Of a stretch of 64,000 bases of DNA, positions 39,968-52,564 are shown in pieces. The notes below the pieces were generated by a model that worked only from the letters and a program-made list of their open reading frames with translations, was not told the origin of the DNA and did no database searches. Position numbers and translations under genes: made by a program. The stretch is from positions 5,580,001-5,644,000 of the forward strand of contig OX597826.1 in the NCBI GenBank assembly GCA_951406725.2, written 5' to 3'. The first letter of the stretch is position 1. Every line of letters begins with the position of its first letter. This DNA is from Octopus vulgaris (taxonomy: Eukaryota).

Positions 39968-41969
39968 TATAGTGTGTGTATATATATATATACACACACG
40001 TCATGTTTTTGAAATTTGTCGAACGTTCACGCGTTCATCTCCATGGTATCCTTTATTAAATTACATATTATTTAACCCATTTGAATACTGTGTATGAAGT
40101 TATATTGTTGGTGTAATATTAAGTGCGATGTGTAAAGTTTCATGATAAATGCCTCTCTTCCATTATTCCTTATTATTATATCATAACATTGTTAAAATTT
40201 TCTGTAATTCTAATCAAAATTATTGTATTTCTTTAATTGTATTCGATGTATTCCATGTAATCTATACACATCTTGTAATATTTAAAATTAATTTGAATTA
40301 TTAAAGATAACTTAAAGTTGTATTATATCTCCATTTATTTTTATCTTCATATTTAATTATTCTTAGTCGTTTCTTGTCTTAAATTCTAGTGTTTATGTAA
40401 TAGTGTTTCTTTATGTGTTTTTATTAATTTAATGAAATCAAAATGTTCTGTAATGATTCTAGAATACACCCCACCACCAAAAAAAGAGAAAAGAATTTAT
40501 AAGAAAATTTGCCTTGAAAATTAAGAACATTGTCTTTGAGACGAATTATCTCAGTTTTAGAATAGATTGTCATTGAAGGAAAATGATATTTGCATTCTTC
40601 ATAATACTAATATGATTTTCGAATTCTATTCTAATTAATTACAAATATTACTCATTAATTGTATAATTGTTTAATCAACTCTCATTTACATTAGCATCAT
40701 TTCGAAAATAATTAAATACATTTCGTGTCGTGAATGCCAAATTACCGTTTCAGATATCTCAGAAGGAATCCAGATTAAATAAGTATTTGGTTGATAGTTG
40801 CCAGCTAAACAAGATTATATAGCGAGCTGTAAATGAAAGCAATTATTACATAGATAGGCTGCAGGTGTTTTGTACGTACCCTGGACACCATATTTATTTT
40901 CGGGGCTACATAATTTTATGCATTTGTTAAAACCAATACCAAGTCGTAAATTATTTTCTGCAAAAGTTAATTTTTATAAATTAGAATCCTATCCCAATTG
41001 GCTTGTTTCGTACAACCCGTTACAGTACAAAACAATTGTACTTAACAGAGAAATAGATAAAATGCTGGAAGTAATGAGCCGTTTAAAAGAAACACGATTT
41101 TTAAAAAGATTTTTCATTTGAAAGTAAGAAATATCATCCTACATTTGTTAGGGAAAATAATATATTTAACTACATTTTTATTGCAAATAAAAGATTTTGA
41201 CTACCAATATGGTGGAATTATGGAATTAACTCTACGTTGGAATAATCCTTAAGGAGATTGGTATGTCACTCTGATGTGTTCTGAGATTTCCTCTGAAATT
41301 TCCATGCAATTTTCGGGTTGAAGTATTTCTCTGAGGCATGGGGTTTATATAGTTTGTGTACGAAATGCTGAAGAAATGCCTTACACTATAAGAATATACT
41401 GAGGATAATTACGAGCGATGATTACTATAAGCCGAATGGCAATTATTCTAAGCCCAAAGTGGAAGCGAAATATTTATATACTTATTGTGGCCACGTCTGC
41501 TAGTAAAAGTTTTTAATATCTTTCTTAAGCAAATTGCTTGAGTTTGTATTAGATTGCAGGCTTCAGTATAATCCCTTTCACAAATCTACAACTATTTGTG
41601 ATTTAAATAAATTGCACTAATGAGAAAAGCATCATTTGAGATTTTTTACACTACAAAGAAATTGCCGAAAAAGAAGAGACAGAGGGAAAAAAGGGAAAGA
41701 TAGAGAGAAAGGGAGAGAGAGAGAAGCGTTAAGAAAAAGGAAAACAAAATGATAACAGAAAATTCCTTGATAGAGGATAAATCCGACGAAAAAGGAAGAA
41801 CGTGTATAGAAATATGATACAGAAAACTCGCAGTAGGCGATGTATAAGAGATGTCGGATTATTAGTTATTTAGGAGATAAGGGAAAAGACGAAAATATAC
41901 GATGGAGCGATAACGATGACGAAGAAAGGGATGATAAATTACTATTGATTCAAATAAAAATAATAATAA

Positions 41970-42209
41970 GTGCGCCCCTTTAAAGCCTGGCCAGGTTCAT
42001 GGGCCTAGTTTCCCGGTTTCTATGGCGTATGTGTTCCCCAGCTGGACGGAACGCCAGTCCATCGCAGCGTTATTCAGTTTTGCCAGCTGAGCGGAGTGGA
42101 GCAACGTGAAATTAAGTGTTTTGCTCACGAACACAAGGTCCAGGAATCGAAACCACAATCTTACGATCATGATGCTGGCACCCTAACCACTAAGCCACGC
42201 GCCTCCACA
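41970..42209 (-). mobile_element. tRNA-derived SINE, body C plus tail 1
   Basis: Head tgtggaggcgcgtggcttagtggttagggtg..., core cacgttgctccactccgctcagctggcaaaa, tail catgaacctggccaggctttaaaggggcgcac. Confidence 0.9.
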
Positions 42210-43059
42210 CCTATTCAAATACCATAAACAATATCATCAATATGATATAAAGGGACATTAACATTTCCAATGGTATTTTCCAATTTAGGCACAAGGTCAC
42301 AGTGGTTTTCAACCGATATCCACATGTTCCTTGAGGCTCCGTAGAAGATTTTGTTGTTGAAATTTATCTGCAATAAATTTGTTATATTTCTACAATACAC
42401 AAAATATTTTGATAATTATTTTTGTACAATCCCAAATCATATTTGATTACAAATATATAATAGGAATGACTAGGAGAGGATCCGACTGTGTAAAATAGGT
42501 ATCAAAGTAGACCATAGGGAAAAGAGGGTTGCAGAAAGATTGGATTACAGTATTACTTAATTGATACGTTATTCTATGTACATTGAAAGAATGAAAGTCT
42601 ATAGCGGCGAGGTTTACTTCAAGGTACCCGACACTTTAAAAATTCTAATAATTTTCAATCCCTCGTCTTATCCCGTACGTCATATTATCAATCACGGACG
42701 GATGAAAGAAGGCGGCGGGGTGGCGTGGGGCGGTAAAGAGTGGGGCAAGATTTCTTCGTCATCGTTATCGCTCTATCATATATTATGTCCCTTTCCCTGA
42801 TCTCCCAAAACTAAATAACTAAAAACAATAAATAAATTCTAATATATATCATAAGGCCTGCGGTTTTGCAATGAAACTTAGTAGATATCATCGATATCTG
42901 TACTTTGCAGGTAATATAACTTATCGACCTCGGAAACATCAAATGCTGTTGACCTCCGTGATATATGTATTCAGAATGTAAAAAGTCAGGGCAAATACCA
43001 GTATGCTTTAGTTCCGACGCTGCAATGATCCTGCCGGCTCAGAAATCTATCAACGCTCC

Positions 43060-43232
<173 letters not shown>

Positions 43233-43262
43233 ATAGAAGAAGAAATTAAAAAAATATAATCC

Positions 43263-43540
43263 TTAAAATTTGAAATACGAAGAATTTGGAGCATGCGAAC
43301 GGTACAATAATTGGTGCGTTGTGAACAGTAAGCCAATATATAGACAAATGGCTGAAAGGGATTTAAATGAAATGTCCGGTAGGGCTTTTACAGAAGGTTC
43401 ATCTCTTAGGAACAGCAAGTATTATCAGGAGGCTTCTAAACATTTAAAAGCCAGCTGAAAACTTGTGGATACCTAAGGTTACCAGCTATCCAAATAATTC
43501 ACACCAGGAATAAGATCGAACCTGACCCAAACTAAAATAA
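43263..43540 (+). mobile_element. Dong/R4-like non-LTR retrotransposon 3' end (REL endonuclease C-terminus), copy 1
   Basis: LKFEIRRIWSMRTVQ / IIGAL*TVSQYIDKWLKGI*MKCPVGLLQKVHLLGTASIIRRLLNI* matches the ...GALG...LQK..LLGTA.I.R..L* terminus of REL-type elements. Confidence 0.75.
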
Positions 43541-43569
43541 TAGTATTTTTATTATATTAAGTATATAAG

Positions 43570-44000
43570 AGACTGGGAAATTTTACAATCCAATGTCACC
43601 CCTTAACGGACGCTCGCAGACCAGATATTGCCGCATTTGATAAAGGAAGAAAGAAAATCAAGATTATAGATATTGCATTACTTGGGGATGCATGCATAAG
43701 TGACAAAGAACTAGAAAAGATTGAAAAGACCAGGCGAAATTGCAAGAATGTGGACTATCAGGAGAGTGTCGGTCATTCCATTAGTTGTAGGGGCACTCGG
43801 AGAACTGAAAAATAAGCTGGAAAATGTGTCAGAGAAATCGGAATTGACATGAGAGAGCAAACTCAAAAACAGCTCTGCTGGGGACAGGCATGATTTGGAG
43901 ATTGGCACTTGGATGTTGAATGTCTCCCAGGATAATTATCAACCAAGAATCAAAGCTCATAGTGTGCAGAAAGAGACCCTGTGAGACCTCTAACAGCAGG
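43570..44000 (+). mobile_element. Dong/R4-like non-LTR retrotransposon 3' end (REL endonuclease), copy 2
   Basis: RRPDIAAFDKGRKKIKIIDIALLGDACISDKELEKIEK (RPD...D...EK motif, from about 43615), then after a frameshift EIARMWTIRRVSVIPLVVGALG...TALLGTG. Confidence 0.8.
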
Positions 44001-44127
44001 CTGCTGTTGGCCCTCAACGAATCTACCAGAGCAAACAACACCGATCGTTCTGAGAACTAAAACAATAACAACAAGAGCAACAACACCATCAAGTACAACA
44101 ATAATTAAACTACCTGTATTTCCTTGT

Positions 44128-44182
44128 ACCTCCTGTATTTCTTTTTACTCAAAGCCAGGAACTTTTCTGCACACTCTCGTAT
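44128..44182 (+). mobile_element. Isolated mariner-type terminal relic
   Basis: cctcctgtatttctttttactcaaagccaggaacttttctgcacactctcgTA is nearly the same as 8302-8356. Confidence 0.65.
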
Positions 44183-45849
44183 TTAGGCGCCAGTATGAAT
44201 CTGCCTAATTTGGATCTGAACACATGTGAAGTCAATGCCGATGCGATCCTTCCATGCCTGAGTTTCAATATTATGTACTTCAGTATATTATATCGCCAGA
44301 GCAGTCGTCTGAGAATCAATTTCTCACAGATTGAGCCTATAATTCTCATAAATTGCGATAGGTGGAAATTTAATTTGATCACAGTCAAGATGTCATATTA
44401 CACTGAGGCAATCGCGGCCATGTTATTGAAAGCAATGTACTTGAGATAGAGACAGGATTAAGTACGGTTGACCCATTCCAAAGCATTCGACCACAACAAC
44501 CTATTCAGAGCCAAACATGTTACCCAACTCCTCAACGCTTAATCACTTGAATAAAGTTGTCACGAATAAAACTATCCGTGCTCCTGCGGGTCTTGCAAAT
44601 TCCAAACCCAATTTTTCAAGAGAGGCGTCAATAATTTTGTGATCCCACTGGAGGGAAAGTTGTTTTGAGTGGAGCTTGTTAGAAAATTATCAAAGGCATC
44701 CCATTTATTTCTCTCCTTCTACAGGGACATGCTACTAACTGTCTCAGTGTGGCCCAACCCAAAATTACGAGTTGCTACTCGAAAAGCATTTTTTGCATTA
44801 AAATGTTTTCTTTCATTCACATTATTTCATTCACACGGCAAGTTGTTGCAATTGTTAGAGTGCGCTGTCTCTGCCCCACTAAACCGGGGCAGAGAAAACA
44901 AAAGTTCCACTCATCTGTCAAGGATCTGTAGCATGCTTCAATGATATAACTGTTGATATGCTAACCCATCCTATTTGAGCCAACGTGTTTACAGGTAACG
45001 AATTAATTCTGATAACATATTTCTTGTGACTTTTCAAAGAGTTAGTTAGGTGCCAGTTTCCCCGCTAGCACATCGTTGGGTTTCTCTATTTCTAATTACT
45101 TTTGATAATCAACTGTCGCGCTCTGCTATACGCCAAGAGTATTTTGCTTATCCTTTATTTTCTTAACTTAAAACGTTTCTAATAAAATGTTTATTCTACG
45201 AGATACATAAACATGTTTTTTTTTTCTGAATACCCGCAAAAACCCTACTCAAATGAGTAAAAAAAAAATTGGGAAATGTAATTTAATTTAGCTTCATGTA
45301 GGTGAGGGCACATTTGAAGATTCCTTCATAGTGCTTCTCTATATCTTGCTTCGGAAATGCAAAAAGTTATCTAAAACTCCTTCCTAGACAGATCTTCCCT
45401 ATGACGTGTTATTTAAAGTTTTTATATATTCATTTATGTCAATACATTTATGAAATCTATTTGGTTGTGGTTTGGGCTTGAACATCCTCGAATGTTTGTA
45501 TATGAGTGTACGTATGTATGACTGTATGTCTGTAATCATATCCACAGCACAGCTATTTCTTTTAACACAAGTGAAGACGAGAAATGTTTTGTATTAGTTT
45601 GTGATATCTTCGTCGTTGATCTTATTATGGTTGTCTTTGTTTATTTTCAAGACTGCATTTTCCTGCCATTTTATTTTAGATACGAGTTTTGCCGCTCTGA
45701 AGTACTTTTACAGCCGGTTCCTGTTGAGACCTGTAGTTCGTTTTTCCTTGGCTTTGGGTTTATTTCAGAAATCTTCTTCTTCCTCTTTCCATCCATCAAT
45801 TTCCTTCTCCCCATTCTACTTCTACTTATAATGCTAAAGGTATAAGGAG

Positions 45850-46037
45850 TGAAATTTTGGGGGCGTGGATAGTCCATTACATCGAGCCCAGTGTTCAACT
45901 GGTACTCATTTTATCGACCCCGAGATGATGAAACGTAAAGTCGGCCTTGGCGGAATTTGAACAAAGAACGTAGCGGCAGACAAAATACCGCTAATGCTTT
46001 CACCTGGCATGCTAGCGATTCCGCCAGCTCACCGCCT
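45850..46037 (-). mobile_element. SINE type E
   Basis: catcgagcccagtgttcaactggtactcattttatcgaccccga...aaagtcggccttggcggaatttgaac...ttccgccagctcaccgcc. Confidence 0.85.
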
Positions 46038-46104
46038 TAAGAATAATCATAATAACATTAGTAAGAATCATCGACATCATCAGCAGCAACACAGCAGAAA
46101 ATGG

Positions 46105-46530
46105 AGCAGAAAAAGAAGAAGAAAAGAAGAAGAAGAAGAAGAAGAAGAAGAAGAAGAAGAAGAAAAAGAAGAAGAAGAAGGAGAAAAAAGAAGAAGAAGA
46201 AGAAAAAGAAGAAGAAGAAGGAGGAAGAAGAGGAGGAGAATAAGGAGGAGGAGACGAAGAAGAAGGAGGAAGAAGAGGAGGAGAAGAAGAAAAAGAAGAA
46301 GAAGAAGAAGAAGAAGGAGAAAAAAAGAAGAAGAAGAATAAGGAGGAAGAAGAGGAGGAGAATAAGGAGGAGGAGGAAGAAGAAGAAGGAGGAAGAATTG
46401 GAGGAGAAGAAGGAGGGGAAGAAGAAGAACAAGAAAAAGAAGGAGGCGGAGAAGGAGGAGGAGGAGGTGGAGGAGGTGAAGAGGAAGTAGAAGACGAAAA
46501 AGAAGAAGGAGGAGGAGGAGGAGGAGGAAA
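46105..46530. repeat. About 425-bp almost pure-purine (GAA/GAG/GGA)n tract
   Basis: Seen directly; very few pyrimidines on the + strand. Confidence 0.95.
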
Positions 46531-46669
46531 ATGATGAAGTTAATGACGGTGAAGAAAGGAACAAGCAAACAAATAATCCAGACAGAAAATAATAATAAAA
46601 AAGGAAATAGTTTAAAAGAAAAAGTGAATACAATTGCTGCAGAGTAACCTGAGTCTTCTTGTCGCTGTT

Positions 46670-46900
46670 TTTACTGTCGTTGTTGTTGTTGTTGATGATG
46701 ATGATGATGATGGTATTGTTACTGACGTTGATGATGACGGAAACGATGATTAAGATAATAATTATAATGATGACGGTTGTGATGACGATCATGAAGATGA
46801 TAATGATAAAGATAATGATGAGGATGATGACGATGACGATGACGATGACGATGATGATGATGATGATGATGATGATGACGACGATGGCGATGGTGGTGGC
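46670..46900. repeat. TGT to GAT/GAC trinucleotide tract
   Basis: Seen directly. Confidence 0.9.
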
Positions 46901-47429
46901 GAAGCAGCATGCAAACGGTGTTCATTAGTGATAGCCAAGCTGATTAACTGCTCTACTTCCAGTGGTAAAATTTTTAATCACCAAAATGTAATTAGTGCCT
47001 GAGCTGCCGCTCACATCCTCAGAAATAAAGGTCTGCCTATAATTGCAGGAGATAAAATAAACATCAAAAGTTCAAAACACTAGGAAATGGCCCCCAGAAG
47101 TATCTAATTAAATCTTTTATATGGACAATAAGTTAATACATCAAAGTAACAGTATCGGTTCCAATTTATGGCTAATATTGATTTATTTTGTTTGGCTATC
47201 GCTTTTGATCGGGTGGCAAAATCACATTGAAACAAAATCGTTTAAATGTTTAGTTTGTCTATTTAAGTCATCGTTAAAAACATGAACTTCGCAATATCTT
47301 TCTGATAATGTTTAATAATAGTCTTTTGGACTTCACGACTTCGCGTCAACTGTATGGACGAACATCTATCATGGTAATATTTATGAAACATCCGGTTGGA
47401 GAGAATTTCCGTGGGACTCGCGCACACCC

Positions 47430-47624
47430 TTTACTTTATTTGTTTCAGTCATCTGACTACGGCCGTTCTGGAGCACCACCTTTAGTCGAAGAAATCGGCC
47501 CCAGGACTTATTCTTTGTAGGACTAGCACTTATTCTAACTGCTAAGTTACGAGGACGTAAACACACCAGCATCGGTTGTCAAACGATGTTAGGGGGACAA
47601 ACATAGATACACAAACATATACAT

Positions 47625-47665
<41 letters not shown>

Positions 47666-47866
47666 TATATATATATATGTATATATATACATACATATTT
47701 ACGACGGGCGTCTTTCAATTTCCGTTTACCAAATCCACTCACAAGGTTTGGTCGGCCCGAGGCTATAGTAGAAGACACTTACCCAAAGTGCCACACAGTA
47801 GGACTGAACCCGGAATCATGTAGTTCGTAAGCAAGCTATTTACCACACAGCCACTCGTACGCCTAT
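47430..47866 (-). mobile_element. SINE type A, full length, internal CA/TA microsatellite
   Basis: Same architecture as 32631-33090. Confidence 0.9.
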
Positions 47867-48687
47867 ATTTGAACAATTAGTAAAAAAACTTCATTATTCT
47901 CCTTGTTGCGCACAAAATAGAAAACGAAAATAATCTAGGTCAACCGTTAAAAAAAATGCAAGTTTGTTCTGCATGTTGTTTCTCTACAAACTGTTGCTTG
48001 TCAGCCCTATTCTTTTCTTCCCTCCAGTAGAGATCCTTTCATTGGCTCGAGTAACAACAGACACACACACGAAACATATATATTTCTAATTGCTAATAAA
48101 CCACCCTTTTTATGGATGTCGTAATTACTCTCAAATTTTTCTGACACATACTCAAAGCACAAATATATGTATCTAGCTAATTATCTTATTTTAAAAATCT
48201 GAAGGTACTTTTAAGCTAGCAATATAAACTATTGCATTGTTTCTTTAGATTTTTCTCATTGGCGGACTTCTGCGGTGATTTCAAGATAAGGCGAGGCAAC
48301 ACGATCAAAGAACTCTTTAATCGCTAAGTCGTACGTTTTTTAATAAATTATTAAATTTGTCAAGTTTAAATCTGTTTCACCTTTAAACGGAATCTGGGTA
48401 AATCTCTTCAATGAATACCAGATTAGCCACCTATACCTGGATACAACTCACCCAACAAGAACACCCTACTTGAATGGACCATAAAACTACAAAACGTAAC
48501 TTAAAAAGGATTTACAAAATCCTATAAGGTGTTGTTATTAAGTTAGACAAGGCCTGGAGCAATCTTTGGTCGAAACGAATCGAAATTTATTGTGATCTGG
48601 CATAAAATACATATAATGCTATGCAGATATGATATATATAGCATTACGACATCCTCACTCCAAAAGGGGAGCTGTTGCAAAAGTAAG

Positions 48688-48740
<53 letters not shown>

Positions 48741-48843
48741 GTTTGTATATACATGTTTGTATGTAAACACATACATACATCAGAAAGTGCTGGTAGGTAA
48801 TGAAACTCATGCTATAATTACACACTTCCTTGTCATTTACGTA

Positions 48844-48885
<42 letters not shown>

Positions 48886-48920
48886 AAAAGGAAAATACAC
48901 AGACTTTACATAGTTTTAAT

Positions 48921-48955
48921 ATATCGACCGGTTTCGCTTTTGCTATTCCTGATAT
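48921..48955 (-). ncRNA. Hammerhead-topology relic with degenerate CUGANGA core
   Basis: Minus strand AUAUC aggaaua GC aaaa GC GAAA CCGGU C GAUAU: 5-bp stem I, 2-bp stem II, palindromic stem III ACCGGU and GUC triplet, but AGGAAUA in place of CUGANGA. Confidence 0.4.
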
Positions 48956-49717
48956 TAAGTTTTACTTCTTTGAATATGTATTTTCTTAAAAAGAAATGTT
49001 TGTCCATGTTGTGTGTGATGATATTTAGGAGTGAATTACTTCACAAGTAGAAAAATAAGGGTCGGTAATAAATTATCTGTTCATCTTTCGGTAAGACGCG
49101 GGGTGTATATATATATATACACGCACAAAAAAAATATTGTTTCGAAAACCTTGTTTATTGAGGGAATTTATGTACAGTGATGTAATCGTGAGTTCACAGA
49201 AATAGCGTTCGTAATACTTTTTTTTCGTTCGGCTTAACAGCTCTTCTTGTCTTGTTATTTTCCTTGTCCTGTCTTTTACTGCTTATATTTTGTACTGTCG
49301 TCAGTGTCCTGTTTTCGTTACCATTTTTACCCCTCTGCAAAAAGATCTCAAATTTTATTTGATTTGCTTTTCGCAGGAAGGAAAGTTTCTATCGAAGATA
49401 CGTCTCACCTTCACCTTCGAAACGTAGAGTAGATGAAACCATTGCGACTGAAGAAGGGGTGTTTTCCTTGTGTTAGTTGTCCTGTACGCTATTTTTTTGT
49501 TGTTTAAGAAAAATGTCCAGTTCCTTGGGTTTGTGTCTCTGTTTTCGTTTCTCATTGTGTTCGACGTTTTTTTTGGTGTCCTGTACTCATATATGCGTGT
49601 ATATATACATGTAGAGGTAGGTACGTACATATATGTATATATATATGCATATGTTTTATTTATTAATACATTATATGACGGAACGCACGCATCCCTTTCT
49701 AAGTAAGATTGTTCTTG

Positions 49718-49762
<45 letters not shown>

Positions 49763-49794
49763 TGTATATACATATATATACATATTCTTGTATT

Positions 49795-49922
49795 CATTTA
49801 CTTGCTTCTGTCATTTGCCTGCGGCCATGCTAGAGGACCACCTTTAGTCAAAGAAATCTACCCCAGGACTTATTTTTTGTAAACCTAGTATTTACTCTAT
49901 CGATCTTTTTTGCCGAACAGTT
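49795..49922 (-). mobile_element. SINE type A, 3' tail fragment
   Basis: tttacttgcttctgtcatttgcctgcggccatgctagaggaccacctttagtc...ccccaggacttatt. Confidence 0.8.
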
Positions 49923-49986
49923 AATTTTCAATATCTGTTGCCGAGCAATGGTGGAGTAACAGACAGTCACACATACAGACGCACGT

Positions 49987-50184
49987 GAGCTGCAAGATGC
50001 AGGAAGAAAGTGTAAGAGAAAGTTGTGGCGAAAGAATCAGCAGAAGTTCGCGATTACCTTCTGCCGGAGCCGCGTGGAGCTTAGGTGTTTCGCTTACAAA
50101 CAAACACATCGCCTGGTCCTAGATTCGAACCCGCGACCACTCGACTGCGATTCCGCTGCTCTAACCACTAGGCAATGTGCCTCA
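49987..50184 (-). mobile_element. tRNA-derived SINE, body B, lacking tail
   Basis: Reverse complement of 39470-39670 (gaggcacattgcctagtggttagagcagcgg...gggttcgaatc...aacacctaagctccacgcggctccggcagaagg). Confidence 0.85.
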
Positions 50185-50736
50185 TATTTTCTGCCTGTTG
50201 TCCAAAATGTCCAACTCATGTTCAAATCTTGTCAAAGAATTTTTGAAAATATGGTTCAGTTATATGGTGTGTTCGGGTTAAATATTTTATTTTGAAAAAC
50301 TGCTGATATCAGTCTAAATCCTCAGTGGCCTTATTGTGTCTCATTTGAAATATCGCACAATTCAGCAAGCGTAACGCTATTGCTCAATAATAACAGAGCT
50401 CTCTCATGATTTTCTTTTCGGAATAATAAATCACTGGCGGTGAGGTGATCGAATCTTTAGCAAGCAAGATAAAAGCTTGGCTTCTTTTCTACCGGCTCTC
50501 TACATTCTGAGATCAAATAAAGCTGAGGTTCATTGTGCTTCCATCCCCATGGAAAATTAAATAAAGCACCACACGACTACTTATTTCCATGTATTCCTCT
50601 ACCCTTCAAAATTTCTGGTATTGAGCGCTGTAAATTTGCGTCCGTTGAACATCCAACAGATGAGGGAAAATTTGAAATCTCGGTCACTTGTATGCCGAGT
50701 AAGCCAGACAACTGACCTTATAAATACTAGAACTCA

Positions 50737-50740
50737 CAAA

Positions 50741-50771
<31 letters not shown>

Positions 50772-50797
50772 ATACATAAATAAATAAATAAATAAAT
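50737..50797. repeat. (TAAA)n microsatellite
   Basis: Seen directly. Confidence 0.95.
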
Positions 50798-51471
50798 CAC
50801 ATGCGTATTTGAGTTTTGCTTGCATATTTCGAATTGCATAAATAGGAATCTTGAAAGAGAAGAGTAATCATCGATTATGAAGAGCGTCTGTCCGATGTGA
50901 ATTTCCTACTATACAACAGTTCCCTGTTGAACTTATCACTTTAATTGATCCTATATTTTCCTATGAGATAATAAAGTATTCATAAAAACTGATGTTGATG
51001 TTGTAATTGTTTCTTTTATCACTGAGGCATTGGCATTTTTATTAGAGGTGTTAACCATCATGTTAGTCACTCATCGTTTTGTGGTAATTTATACGGTTAA
51101 ACTTTGATAATTCTATACGAAGCAGTCTTACGATATTTATATGCTTATAATTTAAATATCATACGTTGTCCATAAACCCAAAAAAAACAAAAAACAAAAA
51201 ACAAAAACAAATGCAAAAACGCAGTAATGCATAACCCCGTGGTGACAGTCCATACCATCAAATAAAACATCCTTGTGTTTTCATTTCTAGAGTCTCCCGG
51301 CATGGAAGGTGTGAGAACGAAAATGATGAGTGAGAGAGAGAGAGAGAACGAAAGGAAGAAAGAAGAATATTGCACGTGATTAAATGCTATAGGTTTAGGG
51401 AAAGCGGGAAATAGTGGACACTTGATATAGGCATTGACAATTTTTTTTGCCTACAATATTAATCATTATAA

Positions 51472-51502
<31 letters not shown>

Positions 51503-51749
51503 AAACGATGCGTACATACATATATACATATATATTCAGACACATATGAAAATATACATGTATACGCATATTTCTTTATTTCTTTTATGTTTCACCACAA
51601 AGGTGGTGGTCATGCTCATATATATATATATATATATATATATCAATAAAGAAATGTATGTGTGTGTGAGTGTGCGTGTGTGAGTGTTTCAATATGTGTA
51701 TATATGTATGTGTGTATGTGTGTATGTATGTATTACCTATGTATGTTTA

Positions 51750-52564
51750 TATGGATTTTACATCATTTTATAGCTTGAACATTTATCTATGTTTATGCGT
51801 ATTCGCCATTTCGGTCGATGCATATTTGTAGGTGCTGGGGCAGCTATTGTATGCCCATGTCATACCAACTCACGGCCATGTCGTTGAGGAAGCGGTCAAC
51901 CTCATCTTTCGCTCCATCGTCGTTGCTGAAGTGCGTTCCGGTCAAATGTTCTTTGAATTTAGGGAACATGTGGTAATCACTGGGTGCGAAATCCGGATAA
52001 TAAGGTGGGTTGCCGTTTATGGTCTTCCGTGAGTGTTCGTGGGACCCATCTTGCGCACACCTTCCGATTTTGCAATTTTTCACTCAAAACCTTATGAATG
52101 GCGCTTCGGGAAATCCCAGGAACCAAAATGCAGAGATCATCGAGAGTGGTCCGTTGATATTCACCCAGGATTTGCTCAATCTCCGCGACTGTCTCCTCGG
52201 AAATTAATGGTCGCTCGCTTCTTTCTTAGTCATGAATTTCCGTACGACCAGCTGCAAACTCCCAACACCACTTGCAGAAGTTTTTGACATACATGCACGA
52301 CGCGCACTACACGTCCGTTAATTGGCGATGAATTTCGATCGGTGTAATGCTTTTTGCGTTAAAAACCCGAAGAAGTACACGAACTTCACACTTGGCGGTA
52401 GGGTTAATCGGGAGCTCCATGAGATACAACTGTGAAGCCAAGTCTGAAGAAGGCAGGCGCAGGTGCAGGTACAACAACTCCATCAGTATTGCCAATAGCC
52501 ACACGCACAGTCTCCCTGAGTTCCCAGTGCTTTGGAGACCTTACTTTAGGGATTACCCTCGTAT
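51750..52564 (-). mobile_element. Mariner (Tc1/mariner) element, internally deleted, left TIR only
   Basis: Left end TAcgagggtaatccctaaagtaaggtctcc (52534-52564). Translation MELPINPTAKCEVR...IEIHRQLTDV, HTH region, then KVCARWVPRTL joined directly to PPYYPDFAPSDYHMF...WYDMGIQ (WVPxxL and YSPDLAPxD mariner motifs). Confidence 0.9.

Noticed and set aside
44190-44900. Possible minus-strand AP-endonuclease relic (HFNAK, TVIKLNFHL)
   Set aside because: Motif similarity is too weak and fragmented to call without an alignment.
48545-48580. GGCC...GGTC-GAAAC as another hammerhead
   Set aside because: The core reads TAGACAA (3 mismatches) and no stem I or III can be formed.
49395-49460. ccttcGAAACGTA...CTGAAGAAGGGG as a permuted (type II) hammerhead
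   Set aside because: Both core halves are present but no stem I pairing links them; possibly a PLE-end relic, not supportable as a ribozyme.
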